Part shown: positions 28,316 to 38,360 of the stretch, one piece after another
Position numbering within the stretch: the first letter of the stretch is position 1
Layout: each line of letters opens with the position of its first letter
Origin: a virus
Taxonomy: Duplodnaviria; Caudoviricetes
Length of the DNA: 50,120 nucleotides
Virus record (IMG/VR): IMGVR_UViG_3300033144_001106
Span: 1-50,120 of that record
Direction: 5' to 3' (one strand)
Translations under genes and position numbers: made by a program
Notes under the pieces: generated by a model
Told to the model about the DNA's origin: nothing
The model's input: only the letters and a program-made list of their open reading frames with translations
Database searches by the model: none

Positions 28316-28533
28316 TACTCTACTACCTCTACCTCTGCCCAAGCTACGAGGTGTACTATGTTACCACCTTCGTCATAACATAGTGAGTACATACCATCTA
28401 TGTGAGAGAAGGTGAGTACCTCACTGTCAACGAAGTCCCGGTGACAAGGTGGGTGCATAGTTCCCTTTTCTTCCGGGTCGGGGATCAGACGTACCTTGAC
28501 TCCCTGTCTCTGTCTTACTTCATGTAATTGCAT
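28315..28533 (-). CDS. Hypothetical protein
   Basis: Start refined to ATG 28533 overlapping upstream stop; HIDGMYSLC. Confidence 0.55.
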   Translation of the reverse strand: MQLHEVRQRQGVKVRLIPDPEEKGTMHPPCHRDFVDSEVLTFSHIDGMYSLCYDEGGNIVHLVAWAEVEVVE

Positions 28534-29414
28534 TACGTTATCTCCGGAGCCTTCGGCTCTCTGTGTACTACAGTTAGATCGACTGGCTTGTGACTGTACG
28601 CAAAGGTGCGTAGTCCCGGCCAGCATTGCTTCTTGAAATCACAGTAAGCACATGCAATAGGTAAGCACATGTTACCACTCTTGCCATACGGCTCATCAGT
28701 GTATCCCTTGACTACATCACACTCATCCTCTGTCTCAATAGCCTCGATGATAGCATGAGCACGGCTCTCGATGTCAACAACAGTAGGTACGTCACACTCA
28801 GTGTAAGCGATGTGTCCGTTCTGTTTGTCTATCCAGATGAACCCTTGTTCTGCATTACCGAACCCACCGTATGCTGAGTAGAACCCTAGCTGCCACAAGT
28901 ACCCGAACGAATCGTTCTGGTGATTGATACCTTGCTTGTACCTAGTGAACCCGTAGCTAGATGTGGTCTTGACATCCATCAGGACACCATCAACAACACC
29001 ATCTATCCTGCCTGAGATCAGCCAGTCCTGCTGGTCACCACTCCTAAAGAGTTGGTACTCTACTCTAGCCTGTTGGTCGGTCACTGTGTGACCTGCCTCC
29101 TCTGCCATGTAGAGTACAGCCTCCTCCAGTATGTTACCATACAGGAACTTGAACTTGGTGTGTCCAAGTAGAGGTGCTTGCTTCTCAGGCATGTTGAAGT
29201 TGTACCAGTGCTTACGTAAGCATGACTTGCCTAGATCACTAGCCCATAGCTTGCCCCTCTCACGGGGTTTATCCCGCTTGAGGGTAGCCTTAGCCATCTC
29301 ACCACCGATACGCATAGCGTAGTCGGCAGCAAGCTGACCGTCTGGTTCGTGATCTTGACTAGCATCCAACACCATATAGATGTCAGTTGCTACCGTGTCA
29401 ATGATCTTACTCAT
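28533..29414 (-). CDS. PD-(D/E)xK Cas4-like exonuclease
   Basis: S.LG..C.RK.WY, G...E, GRID...DVKT, Q...Y, C.YC..K..CW Fe-S-type cysteines. Confidence 0.85.
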   Translation of the reverse strand: MSKIIDTVATDIYMVLDASQDHEPDGQLAADYAMRIGGEMAKATLKRDKPRERGKLWASDLGKSCLRKHWYNFNMPEKQAPLLGHTKFKFLYGNILEEAVLYMAEEAGHTVTDQQARVEYQLFRSGDQQDWLISGRIDGVVDGVLMDVKTTSSYGFTRYKQGINHQNDSFGYLWQLGFYSAYGGFGNAEQGFIWIDKQNGHIAYTECDVPTVVDIESRAHAIIEAIETEDECDVVKGYTDEPYGKSGNMCLPIACAYCDFKKQCWPGLRTFAYSHKPVDLTVVHREPKAPEIT

Positions 29415-29904
29415 CGGAGTCCTGATCTAGTGCCATCTTGATCTCACGGTGTCCCGTGGCGAAGTCAGCTATTTCGTATGCTAGCTCCATGAACTCATCA
29501 AGTGCTGCCTCTGGTGTGGTGATCTTACCCTGTGCTATCAGGGCAGCTACGATTGTAGCAGCATGTCCACCGCTGTTTTGCCTAGCGATTGTGATACCTC
29601 TGGTTCCTTGGGCGACAGGAAACTCAGTTGCAGCTTGCTGCGGCGCAGTGGCCTGAGCTTGAACAGGAGCTGCCTTAATCCCTGTAGCTGCTGGGGCTGC
29701 ACCGTTCCCACCTTGAATGAGCTGCAATGATCCATACTTGTGCTCCACTGGTAATGTAACGGACTCGCCTACTACGTAGGCACACTTGAATCCGAGGTTG
29801 ATGTCCTGCCCATTGATCATGGCATGGTACACTTCTTTCGTTCCGAACTTAGTAGTCACATCCTTGGTGTAAATACTATCAATCACTCCTACTACATCTG
29901 TCAT
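29407..29904 (-). CDS. Putative single-stranded DNA-binding protein
   Basis: OB-like N-terminus, Ala/Gln linker, I.RQNS motif, acidic tail; between pol and exonuclease. Confidence 0.45.
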   Translation of the reverse strand: MTDVVGVIDSIYTKDVTTKFGTKEVYHAMINGQDINLGFKCAYVVGESVTLPVEHKYGSLQLIQGGNGAAPAATGIKAAPVQAQATAPQQAATEFPVAQGTRGITIARQNSGGHAATIVAALIAQGKITTPEAALDEFMELAYEIADFATGHREIKMALDQDSDE

Positions 29905-29917
29905 CTTTGTTTCCTCT

Positions 29918-31807
29918 TTACTGCCAGTAATGACCCGACGTTACGTCGAAGTCAAGGTTGAATGGTAGACCGTATCGTTGCTCAACATCTATGCAAACTA
30001 CTTTCATCATAGCTGCCAAGACTGAATCACTCAGGTCTGTATCTACCAATATACTATCGTGTACTGTCATTCGTATGTCTGTGTCCTTCATGGGTCTGAC
30101 TACCTGCCATAGCAGGGCTAGTGCTGTCATTACAATGTCACCACCAGCGTACCCTTGCACCGGGTAGTTCTTAGTCTCGGTAGGCTTGAAGCTAAAGCTC
30201 CGCCCTGACCTACGTGCTAGCCAGTTAGGTGACACACTCTCCTTGAAGTAGAACTTCCTCTTACTTGTAGGATCTACAACTAGTGAGTCGAACAGTGCCT
30301 CACCATCCTTGAACCCTGCCGGTTGCATGTTGCCAGTGACCATCGTATAGAACTCTTCTTGCCACTCCTTCACCCTAGTGTACCTAGCGTAGAAGGCATC
30401 AATCAACTTCTTGATCAGTGCCTGTGGTTGCCCTGTCTGTATGCTCAGTCCCTTAGCACCACCACCATAGATCAATCCGAAGTTCACGTTCTTCACCAGC
30501 TTACGTTCCTTGTCCGTCATGTCCTGCTTAGTACGCCAGCCCATGACTTGCTTGCCAGTGTTGTAGTGTATGTCCTGTCCACTCTGTATGTCATTCAGTA
30601 GCACCTGATCACGACTCAGGTGAGCTAGGGCTACCACCTCCAGTTGCTTGAAGTCTATCTCATGGAACCAACAGTTGTCAGATCTAAACATGTTGCGTAT
30701 TATTTCTGGCATATTCTGCCCATTTGGTGCAGAGCTACTCAGCCTCCCTGTACCTGTAGTACACATGTTCATCTTAGGGTGGATGGTAGGTTGTACCTTT
30801 GCTTGCTCAAGGAACGGCCCTATGTATGTGCCTATCAACTTGTTGAACTTGCGGTACTCAAGCAGTGCTGTCATGTACTTCTGGCATGACCCTATCTTCT
30901 CTAGCTCCGCTATCTCTTTCTTCGACATCGGGTAGCCTAAGTGCGTAGGTTCTGTGTCACCCCACACCTTCTTGATCTCAGTTGGTGACAGCAAGCACTC
31001 CCTGCCCGGATGGTACGCTATGTTCTTACGCACCCTCTTGGTCAGTCCTGCTGCTGGCTCACCTGTCAGTAGGTAGCTGACAGTACGTGCTGATGTGAAC
31101 TTAAGATGGGTAGACAAGAGGGATGAACCATCGTCCCACCCTAGCTTATCAACAGTGAGTGCCCATAGCTCAGCTTCGGCACTGTCCAGCTCAATGTACA
31201 TATCTTCGAGTGTCTCTTCCGCCTTGTGTACATCCAACGGTAGACCGAGCAGTTCCATGTCTGCTAAGGCAGCCACATGTAGCTGGTCGTACTCTATGTA
31301 GTCAGGGTGGTTGATCTGCTGATGGTGCAATCTGAACGTACTGTCTACATCATCTATCAAATAAGGCTCCAGATCAGATAAAGGTATGTCCTCTATCTCT
31401 ACGTCAGCCGCAATGAGAGCCGCTAGGTCGAGTCCTTTAGCAAAAGGTATACCATGCTTAGCACATGAGGCCTCTAAGCTAGAGAACCTGAGCAGGTGAC
31501 CGCTCTGTCTGTACTCAGTGTACATGGTGCAGTGGTATTCGAACTTCTCCCACAGTAGGTCAGGTCGCTCCTTCATCAGGTACTTGAGGTCAAACTTGAG
31601 GTTGTGTCCAATGATCTTAGGTATACGTCCCCTAGTGTATGCTGTCTCGATAGCATCGAACAGGTCAGCACCACTTCGGGATGTCTTAATATCATCACCA
31701 CACTCCTTCCACCCATATAGGACAACGTAGTTGTCATCATACTGAGCCTCTGGACTCTTGTTCGGGCCTTTAACTGTTGTCTCTAGGTCGATTACTATTT
31801 CGTACAT
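29918..31807 (-). CDS. polA: Family A DNA polymerase with 3'-5' exonuclease
   Basis: DLET, HNLKFD, TGRLSS..PN.QN, DFKQLE, R...KNVNFGLIYG (Phe at the E. coli 762-equivalent), NYPVQG, VHDS. Confidence 0.97.
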   Translation of the reverse strand: MYEIVIDLETTVKGPNKSPEAQYDDNYVVLYGWKECGDDIKTSRSGADLFDAIETAYTRGRIPKIIGHNLKFDLKYLMKERPDLLWEKFEYHCTMYTEYRQSGHLLRFSSLEASCAKHGIPFAKGLDLAALIAADVEIEDIPLSDLEPYLIDDVDSTFRLHHQQINHPDYIEYDQLHVAALADMELLGLPLDVHKAEETLEDMYIELDSAEAELWALTVDKLGWDDGSSLLSTHLKFTSARTVSYLLTGEPAAGLTKRVRKNIAYHPGRECLLSPTEIKKVWGDTEPTHLGYPMSKKEIAELEKIGSCQKYMTALLEYRKFNKLIGTYIGPFLEQAKVQPTIHPKMNMCTTGTGRLSSSAPNGQNMPEIIRNMFRSDNCWFHEIDFKQLEVVALAHLSRDQVLLNDIQSGQDIHYNTGKQVMGWRTKQDMTDKERKLVKNVNFGLIYGGGAKGLSIQTGQPQALIKKLIDAFYARYTRVKEWQEEFYTMVTGNMQPAGFKDGEALFDSLVVDPTSKRKFYFKESVSPNWLARRSGRSFSFKPTETKNYPVQGYAGGDIVMTALALLWQVVRPMKDTDIRMTVHDSILVDTDLSDSVLAAMMKVVCIDVEQRYGLPFNLDFDVTSGHYWQ

Positions 31808-33063
31808 CTGCTGTTACTCCCCGGAAACTGTGATGACATGAACCTGCCAGTGCCTACGTCGAAGTCACACTCAGTACGTATGTGCTTGAGTGTCAGGTCA
31901 CAGCATGGGGCTGGTGGTATCTTGTTCTTAGCCACATGTATGTACCTCTTGTCTGTCGGTGCATTGTTGTCCATGCCTATCATGATTAGTATGTCGGCTT
32001 CCCCCTGTAGTGCGGTCTTGCTCTTGTAGATACGATCTTGAGGGATATACTGCATCCCTTCAGCGCTTGGGTCTGCCTGCACAATTGCCAAAACTGGGCC
32101 GTACTCCTGTGAAACTCTGCGCAGCTCAGTACCGAGAGCTTCGAACTTATCATGGTCTTCCTTCTTGCCTGTGCCTCCAACTTTGAGGAGCACGTTGATA
32201 CCAATGATGTCATACTTCTCCCTCTTCAAGGCTTGCTTAATCTTAGTGATGTCCATGTTGGTGTCGTGTATCAAGTCCCACTTCCTACCATCTAGCCACT
32301 TCTCATACTTCTGCTGATGTAAGGCAGGGGCTGCCATCATAGCACGGTAGTCTACGTCTAGTGCAGCACTGATCATACGAGTGAACACCTTGTCCGGTGC
32401 TTCCTCGTTGTTAAAGAACACTGCCTTGCCCCCCTTAGGTAACTGCTCGAGCATGTGACTCATCTCTGAACAGAGGAATGACGTACCTCCCACTTCGGGA
32501 CGTTTGCCAACAATGGTAACGTCACCTGTTCGCACAGGCCCAATGGCTTTGTTGAGATCTTCGAGCCTCCAGTAGAGTCCGTCGTCACTGCGCTGATGCT
32601 GAGCGAGATCGTCGAGGGTGAGCATTTGAGACCCGCATTTGCTTGTATCACGGTTGTCACAGTGTGACTCAAGGGCAGTGATAATCTCGCTAGGGTTCGC
32701 ACTGCCTTCCTCCAACCTACGCCCTTGTCGTTCAAGCTCCGAGCCGAATCGAAGACTCTCCAGTTGATCCGTGAATACCTGCCTATCAGGGGTTGGTCGC
32801 GCAAGGACGTTATAAACAATCGACTCGTATGCCTTGTGTGCTTCCGGCTTCCAACCGGGGTGTCCATGTACTCTGAACCACATGATGAAGTCACGATCTA
32901 CCTCCGTTGATTGTGGGTACTGCTCATAATATTTCCCGAAATCTTGCACCAATGTCCAAGACTCCTTAGTGCATAGTCCCTTGTGTACTACCTTGCCGTA
33001 TGCGTCATACCCGTCTCTCGTAGTGAGTATCTTGAGTACGTCAAGGTCGATGTTGTCTATCAT
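31795..33063 (-). CDS. DnaB/SF4-like replicative helicase with deviant Walker motifs
   Basis: RPEVGGT, NNEE, QA, SKT..QGEAD..I..G, KNK motifs; between primase and pol. Confidence 0.8.
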   Translation of the reverse strand: MIDNIDLDVLKILTTRDGYDAYGKVVHKGLCTKESWTLVQDFGKYYEQYPQSTEVDRDFIMWFRVHGHPGWKPEAHKAYESIVYNVLARPTPDRQVFTDQLESLRFGSELERQGRRLEEGSANPSEIITALESHCDNRDTSKCGSQMLTLDDLAQHQRSDDGLYWRLEDLNKAIGPVRTGDVTIVGKRPEVGGTSFLCSEMSHMLEQLPKGGKAVFFNNEEAPDKVFTRMISAALDVDYRAMMAAPALHQQKYEKWLDGRKWDLIHDTNMDITKIKQALKREKYDIIGINVLLKVGGTGKKEDHDKFEALGTELRRVSQEYGPVLAIVQADPSAEGMQYIPQDRIYKSKTALQGEADILIMIGMDNNAPTDKRYIHVAKNKIPPAPCCDLTLKHIRTECDFDVGTGRFMSSQFPGSNSRCTK

Positions 33064-33944
33064 AATCCCGCTCCTGTTATTGTCTTGAGTATCATACCGG
33101 GTTGGTACAGCTTAGGATCACAGTCCGTTATGTTCTGCCGTACATCCACGCCTGATACCAAGTGCCATGTCTTAGCTATGCTGTGTGATTGATCTAAGAT
33201 GTGGTCACCGTCGTTGTCTAGCCACACTAACCCCATGTGCATGTCAGGGCAATCGTTCAGTGCTTCCACCTTAGTCTTGACACCGTAGTTGACAAGCACA
33301 CCGAGGTGTGATGAATCAATAGGTGCGCTATAGATAGCCTCTGTTATGGCAAAGCCGCTAGCCAAGTCCTCTACCAGTATGTAATGCTTGCACCGTTCTG
33401 GGTACGGACGCATCACTGTGTATAGGATGGTGTCCTGTTCTTCTTGTGCTGTTAGATACTTAGGGGCTGCCCCGTCTAGCTGCCTCAACTGGTAGCCAAT
33501 GAGGTTTCTAGGTAGCGGGTCAATGTACTGCCATGTAGGTAAGTACACCCGATGTGAAGCTGGGTCATACTGTATCTTAGCCTCACAACATACCCGCTTA
33601 GTCATCTTCTTCTTGATCCTCCAAGCATGAGCAGCACTCGGCCAACGATCACCACACGCTACCATATTGGGTGGTATGTCGAATGTTATTCGCTTGCTCG
33701 TTCTCGGTGGGGCAAGCATAGAACCGAAGTCACGGTACGGTGTGTCGTTTGTATCACGCAGTACACCTGACTCGTTGCAGTTGTGACAGTACCCTAACAC
33801 CACGTTGGGTGAAGAGGCTGGCTTAGTAAGATACAATCTGTATCGTGTATCCTCACCAGCAGGGCAGTCCTTGTGACATACTGCTGTTGTCTCCCCTCGT
33901 ACTAGGTCATCTATCGCACTGGAGTATACAGTTAGGTCAATCAT
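33060..33944 (-). CDS. DNA primase (Zn-binding domain plus TOPRIM)
   Basis: CH..C...CH.C; YQ.R, PKY, LVED..S, WLDND; start refined to 33944 (RBS GAGGAGG). Confidence 0.85.
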   Translation of the reverse strand: MIDLTVYSSAIDDLVRGETTAVCHKDCPAGEDTRYRLYLTKPASSPNVVLGYCHNCNESGVLRDTNDTPYRDFGSMLAPPRTSKRITFDIPPNMVACGDRWPSAAHAWRIKKKMTKRVCCEAKIQYDPASHRVYLPTWQYIDPLPRNLIGYQLRQLDGAAPKYLTAQEEQDTILYTVMRPYPERCKHYILVEDLASGFAITEAIYSAPIDSSHLGVLVNYGVKTKVEALNDCPDMHMGLVWLDNDGDHILDQSHSIAKTWHLVSGVDVRQNITDCDPKLYQPGMILKTITGAGL

Positions 33945-34110
33945 CTTCGACCTCCTCATCAACCCAGTCTCTTTGCTTAGGTAGAGCATAGCCACCGGGT
34001 TCATTGTGTCCGTAGAAGTACCGGCGTACCTCCTCCTCAGTAGGGACACGCATCCTGTCCTGCTCAGGTACTCGGCGGCCTAGTTTCTTGTTGTCGTCAG
34101 AGTTAGTCAT
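33937..34110 (-). CDS. Small hypothetical protein
   Basis: Start refined to 34110 with RBS GGAGG. Confidence 0.55.
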   Translation of the reverse strand: MTNSDDNKKLGRRVPEQDRMRVPTEEEVRRYFYGHNEPGGYALPKQRDWVDEEVEDD

Positions 34111-34462
34111 TCTCTTGTACCTCCTCGGTACGTTGGTCTTGCTGACTAAGACAAGTTTCATCGTCATTAGTTCCATCACTCATAAGTGCTTGTAATCTAT
34201 CGTATTGATCGCTCATTACTGCCATCAGTACAGCTATCGTTGTCCTAAGTTCAGCCTTAGCTTGCTCAAGCCGGTACGCTCGCCATTGCCACAGTGCAAT
34301 GACAACTACTAAGCCACATGAGAACCACGATACCGTGGTACTCAGTGCTACATAGGCTAGCACTACATTCATTGCCATGAGTATAGTTAAGAACATGCTG
34401 CTCATACTTGACTCGATTACTGGTACTTTAAGTACCACAATCTCTTCTTCATCTTTCATCAC
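34103..34462 (-). CDS. Two-TM membrane protein
   Basis: Two hydrophobic segments plus coiled coil. Confidence 0.6.
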   Translation of the reverse strand: MMKDEEEIVVLKVPVIESSMSSMFLTILMAMNVVLAYVALSTTVSWFSCGLVVVIALWQWRAYRLEQAKAELRTTIAVLMAVMSDQYDRLQALMSDGTNDDETCLSQQDQRTEEVQEND

Positions 34463-36258
34463 TTGACTCCTTGCTTGATTACCTCAAACAACACGTTGTT
34501 TATCATTTCTGGGTCACTCAGTACCTTGCTGTTGTTATAGTATGTTACCACTGCATCCGACTGGATGCCTACACCGTACAGGTCTACGTCACCCCGTGCC
34601 TCAATGCTCTTAGCCACATACAGTAGGTTCTGGCTTGCATTACCAGCATACTGTCCCGCTGGACACCCATCACTCAGTACGATCAGGATCTTACGTGCCT
34701 CTGGTCGTGCATGTATCTGGTTGTATGCCCACATTACAGCATCAGCATCGTTGTTAGCAGAGCAGAAGCGATAGAACTTAGAGAACCTCTCGGCTACTTG
34801 GTATGGTGATACCTTGTCATTGAATGACTTGATCAACCCAATGTCACACTGTGAGTGTGCATCAGAGAAGGCAGCCAGTTGTACTGGTATCCTAAGGATA
34901 CGGTCGAACACTTGTACTAACCTGCCACTAGCATCAGCAGCTTGCTTCATCTTCTCACCTGCCATGCTACCTGACCAGTCAGTAAGGATATGGATACATG
35001 TATCCAACTCCTGCTTAGGGCTGAAGTTGTAGAAGATTTTCTTATTCCACTCACCACCATCAATGGGTGGCATACCTAGCTTGTATATGCTGCCCTTGTC
35101 TATCCTTCCGTGGTACTGTGCCTTGCTTACTCTAGTCCTTGACTTAGCTTGGATGTACCTACGTATCTGGTTGCCGAAGGTAGCTGCTGCCCTGTTGTCA
35201 GACATGAATGACTCAGGTGTGCCAATACCATACCAGTCATTACGTATCTCTGCCTTGTGCTTCTTCTGCTTAAGGTCAACCACGTTGATCAGGTGCTGTG
35301 GCATGAGTGCTACCCTACCCTTAGTGTAGTCAGTCCAGTCAATGCCTATGTTACCCGGCTTGCCATCCTTAGGTTGCCACTCGTCGTGCTCACTGAACAC
35401 GATGTCCTTCCAACTGACGACAGTGCCTTGCTGTTGTTGTACTTCACCCTCACCTTCACCCTCTTCTAGCTTATCACCTCCACCTTCACCTTCTTCTTCA
35501 CCGCCCTTACTACCTTCGCCCTCTTCGCCCTCACCTTGTTCATTGCGCTCCATGCTGTGCCCTTGTTGCCGTGTCTCCTCTAGTTCATCCTCGTCACTGT
35601 CAGGAAAGAGTCGCCTATATAAATCCACAGCTAAATCCCAGCAATCGTGCGGGTCTTTGGTTGCTTGCATCCTCTCAACGTACCCTTCCTTGACCAACTT
35701 AGTCGTCAGGTTCCTAGCTACCGAGGGCATACCAGCAAAGAACTTAGTGCGGCTAGCATTAGACATGCCATCCCACTCTAAGCGGGACAGTTGTCCCAAT
35801 GAACTGATAGACATGGGTGCTACCTGCTCCTCAGTGAGGTCATCATCCAGTTCAACCTTGCCCCACTTAGCAGTGATCTCCTTAAGTATGACTGCGTTCT
35901 GTCTACCTAAGGCGACAGCATCACCAGCATAGGCATTAGCTACCTCCCTCTCCATCCCATCGTCCTCGACGATATTGAACAGAGCGAATAGTTCTTCGGG
36001 AGTAGTCTTCTTGTCCAGTGCATTGCATATAGCAAACGCATCAGGCCTTTGGTGGTGACCACACTCATGTACCACGAACCCATGCAGCTTAGTCATTGCA
36101 TCCTCAGTTACAGGATGGTGTATTGCTGGTATGGTGATGTCCCTGCCATTAGTCATGGCTGTCCTAGCATGAGGGTCGAAGGTAAGAGTTACACCCTGTG
36201 ACCCACACCTACGTTGTATGACTGAGATCATCCGATCAATGTCTAGTACATCACTCAT
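34459..36258 (-). CDS. CobT-like VWA protein with N-terminal HExxH domain
   Basis: HECGH and N..ED...E in N-terminus; Glu/Gly linker; MIDAS DWSGS and SDG.P. Confidence 0.85.
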   Translation of the reverse strand: MSDVLDIDRMISVIQRRCGSQGVTLTFDPHARTAMTNGRDITIPAIHHPVTEDAMTKLHGFVVHECGHHQRPDAFAICNALDKKTTPEELFALFNIVEDDGMEREVANAYAGDAVALGRQNAVILKEITAKWGKVELDDDLTEEQVAPMSISSLGQLSRLEWDGMSNASRTKFFAGMPSVARNLTTKLVKEGYVERMQATKDPHDCWDLAVDLYRRLFPDSDEDELEETRQQGHSMERNEQGEGEEGEGSKGGEEEGEGGGDKLEEGEGEGEVQQQQGTVVSWKDIVFSEHDEWQPKDGKPGNIGIDWTDYTKGRVALMPQHLINVVDLKQKKHKAEIRNDWYGIGTPESFMSDNRAAATFGNQIRRYIQAKSRTRVSKAQYHGRIDKGSIYKLGMPPIDGGEWNKKIFYNFSPKQELDTCIHILTDWSGSMAGEKMKQAADASGRLVQVFDRILRIPVQLAAFSDAHSQCDIGLIKSFNDKVSPYQVAERFSKFYRFCSANNDADAVMWAYNQIHARPEARKILIVLSDGCPAGQYAGNASQNLLYVAKSIEARGDVDLYGVGIQSDAVVTYYNNSKVLSDPEMINNVLFEVIKQGVK

Positions 36259-36445
36259 CCTCGCCTCCTAGTGCGGCTAGTGCGTTATCTAACCTTATGC
36301 AATCGAAAGCTGAACAACGGTCGCCCCTCACTTTTTTCGCCGCATCAACAACAGCCTCAAGCTGTTCGATGCGCTTAAGAAAATTAGCCATTGTGATCTT
36401 GTCTATCTCTACCTTGGCCTCAAGCTGCTTTATTCTGTCACTCAT
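36251..36445 (-). CDS. Small coiled-coil protein
   Basis: RI.QLEA repeated twice. Confidence 0.55.
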   Translation of the reverse strand: MSDRIKQLEAKVEIDKITMANFLKRIEQLEAVVDAAKKVRGDRCSAFDCIRLDNALAALGGEDE

Positions 36446-36549
36446 TTTATGTCCTCGTTGGGCACATATATGCAGGAGTCATCTTCGTACACAACAAGAC
36501 AACCACAGGACAAATGAAGGATGTAGTCTATTCTAAAGTGGACATCCAT
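36442..36549 (-). CDS. Possible 35-aa peptide (MDVHFRIDY...)
   Basis: Translated manually; start and stop overlap both neighbours. Confidence 0.35.
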   Translation of the reverse strand: MDVHFRIDYILHLSCGCLVVYEDDSCIYVPNEDIK

Positions 36550-37655
36550 TACAGTTTCCTTGCAAAGACTTGGAAGTACATGTCCTTAGCAGTAGCCTTG
36601 TCATCCTTGCTCAGCTTGTCGAACCACGACAGCTTAAGGCCTTGCTCTAAGCTCGAGCATAACTCTGCCTTCTCAGTCCATGCCAGTAGAGCACGGACAC
36701 TGAACGTGGTGAGCAGTGCCTGTTGACTGAACGCTACACGTACCAGCTTGGCAAAGTCCAGCACCCCATTGATCTGATCAGTGGTCAGTCCTGTCTGCTT
36801 CTTAAGTAACCGGCGTTCTTGTACCTTAGGCAGGTACTCTATCTCAATAGATGCACCGATACGATCCAGTGTACTAGCATCCTGTACTTGAGCATCGAAC
36901 ACACCTGTCTCATCACCAGTACCACATGTGTTGTCAGTAAGGGTGTACCACCACTTGCCCTTCGGTGCTCTAAGTATGCGCTCCTCTGCGGTGCGACCCG
37001 GTGCATTGGGTAGCAGTACAGTGCGGTTGTTCTTCTCACGTAGTGACTGTAGTACCAGCGCACTGTTGTGTCGGAAGGCCTCATCTTCGCAGAAGATACC
37101 ACCATAGCGGAGACTATCGGTCAAGATAGTAGGCTCTTGCTTGATGAACATCTGCCCTTCCTCATTGTAGTCCAGTGAAGCACTACCTATGAGGTGATCC
37201 TCGCGTGTCTCATGGTTACATGACATACGCCAGAAGGGGATGAAGAATGTAGCTGCCCATTCTTGTACTAAGCATGACTTGCCAGTACCTTGCAGCCCAT
37301 GCAGTAGCGTGGTGTCACCACAGTACATAGCCATAGCATACTGTTCAACAGCAGGCTTGTTCCAGATCCAGTTAGGATCTTTAGCTGGGATGTGAAGCTG
37401 CGCTTCCTCATGCCAGTCACTAGCCTCAAACATGGGCAGTGACAGGTCGGGGATAGTCTTAGGCTTCCAGAATATAGAGCTGAACAAGACAGTACCGGGT
37501 GGTGTGTCTAGCTTAGCCACCGTAGTGATCTCGAACTTGTCAACTACCTCTGCCTCAACTATCGCGTTTGCTCCCTTCTCGGTAGCTAGGATAGCATTGA
37601 TTACATCAGCGTCGTACTTACCCTTGAGGGGTTGACCTGTTGAGTAGTTACTCAT
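36549..37655 (-). CDS. CobS/MoxR-like AAA+ ATPase
   Basis: Walker A GLQGTGKS, Walker B FCEDE, T.N..G, DASTLDR, S.R.L; adjacent to VWA partner. Confidence 0.9.
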   Translation of the reverse strand: MSNYSTGQPLKGKYDADVINAILATEKGANAIVEAEVVDKFEITTVAKLDTPPGTVLFSSIFWKPKTIPDLSLPMFEASDWHEEAQLHIPAKDPNWIWNKPAVEQYAMAMYCGDTTLLHGLQGTGKSCLVQEWAATFFIPFWRMSCNHETREDHLIGSASLDYNEEGQMFIKQEPTILTDSLRYGGIFCEDEAFRHNSALVLQSLREKNNRTVLLPNAPGRTAEERILRAPKGKWWYTLTDNTCGTGDETGVFDAQVQDASTLDRIGASIEIEYLPKVQERRLLKKQTGLTTDQINGVLDFAKLVRVAFSQQALLTTFSVRALLAWTEKAELCSSLEQGLKLSWFDKLSKDDKATAKDMYFQVFARKL

Positions 37656-37875
37656 CGTCAGTTTCCTTGCGTGTAGAGACACCATCTATACTGACCAGTC
37701 GCAGTTCAATCTCTAAGGAGGGAGGCTTAGGTGCATCCGTCCCGTTAAGTACCACCTGCAACGTGATGGTGTCGTTGTCTTGCTCAAACATCTTAGCTAC
37801 TGCTTGACGGACAAAGTCATCCATCTTCAGTTCCTCTGCTAAGCCTATGTCAGTTACTACTGCTTCCTCTGCCAT
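37648..37875 (-). CDS. Hypothetical protein
   Basis: 75 aa, RBS GGAGG. Confidence 0.55.
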   Translation of the reverse strand: MAEEAVVTDIGLAEELKMDDFVRQAVAKMFEQDNDTITLQVVLNGTDAPKPPSLEIELRLVSIDGVSTRKETDDE

Positions 37876-37877
37876 TG

Positions 37878-38360
37878 CTAGGCCTCCTTCTTAGCCAGTA
37901 AAGCAACACGCCGCTTGATAGTGCTGAGTGCTGCTGACTTGACAGTTGCTACCCTACTACCATACCAACCACGACCAGTGCTACGCTTGACAAACTTACG
38001 TGCCGTAGTAGTGGTAGTCACTACTTGCTCGTCACTGATGTCATTGACCTGATCCAGCAGTGACACGATCTCTCGCTCAGCTAGCTTAACGTCGTCTTCA
38101 CGCCACTTAAGTTTTCTCTCTGCCGTAGTACACTTACGTGTAATGGCATCCTCACGCCGCTTAACGGCAGTCTCACGCTTGAAACATGCAGCTTCACGCT
38201 TAGTCACACCCTTGGTTGCAGTTTGTGCTACCTTCAAGTCTTTCCTAGCTTGAGCTAAGTCAGCCTTGATGGTGCGTGTCTCACTTGCTACGTCCTTACG
38301 TGCTGCTTTCTTTGCTGTCTCCAACATTTCGTCGAAGAATCTATCTGCTCCAGTACTCAT
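37878..38360 (-). CDS. Basic coiled-coil hypothetical protein
   Basis: 160 aa; heptad KRE.A repeats. Confidence 0.6.
   Translation of the reverse strand: MSTGADRFFDEMLETAKKAARKDVASETRTIKADLAQARKDLKVAQTATKGVTKREAACFKRETAVKRREDAITRKCTTAERKLKWREDDVKLAEREIVSLLDQVNDISDEQVVTTTTTARKFVKRSTGRGWYGSRVATVKSAALSTIKRRVALLAKKEA

Noticed and set aside
36549-37655. Cobalamin-biosynthesis auxiliary metabolic gene
   Set aside because: No CobN or other cob genes; better explained as a generic MoxR/VWA chaperone pair.
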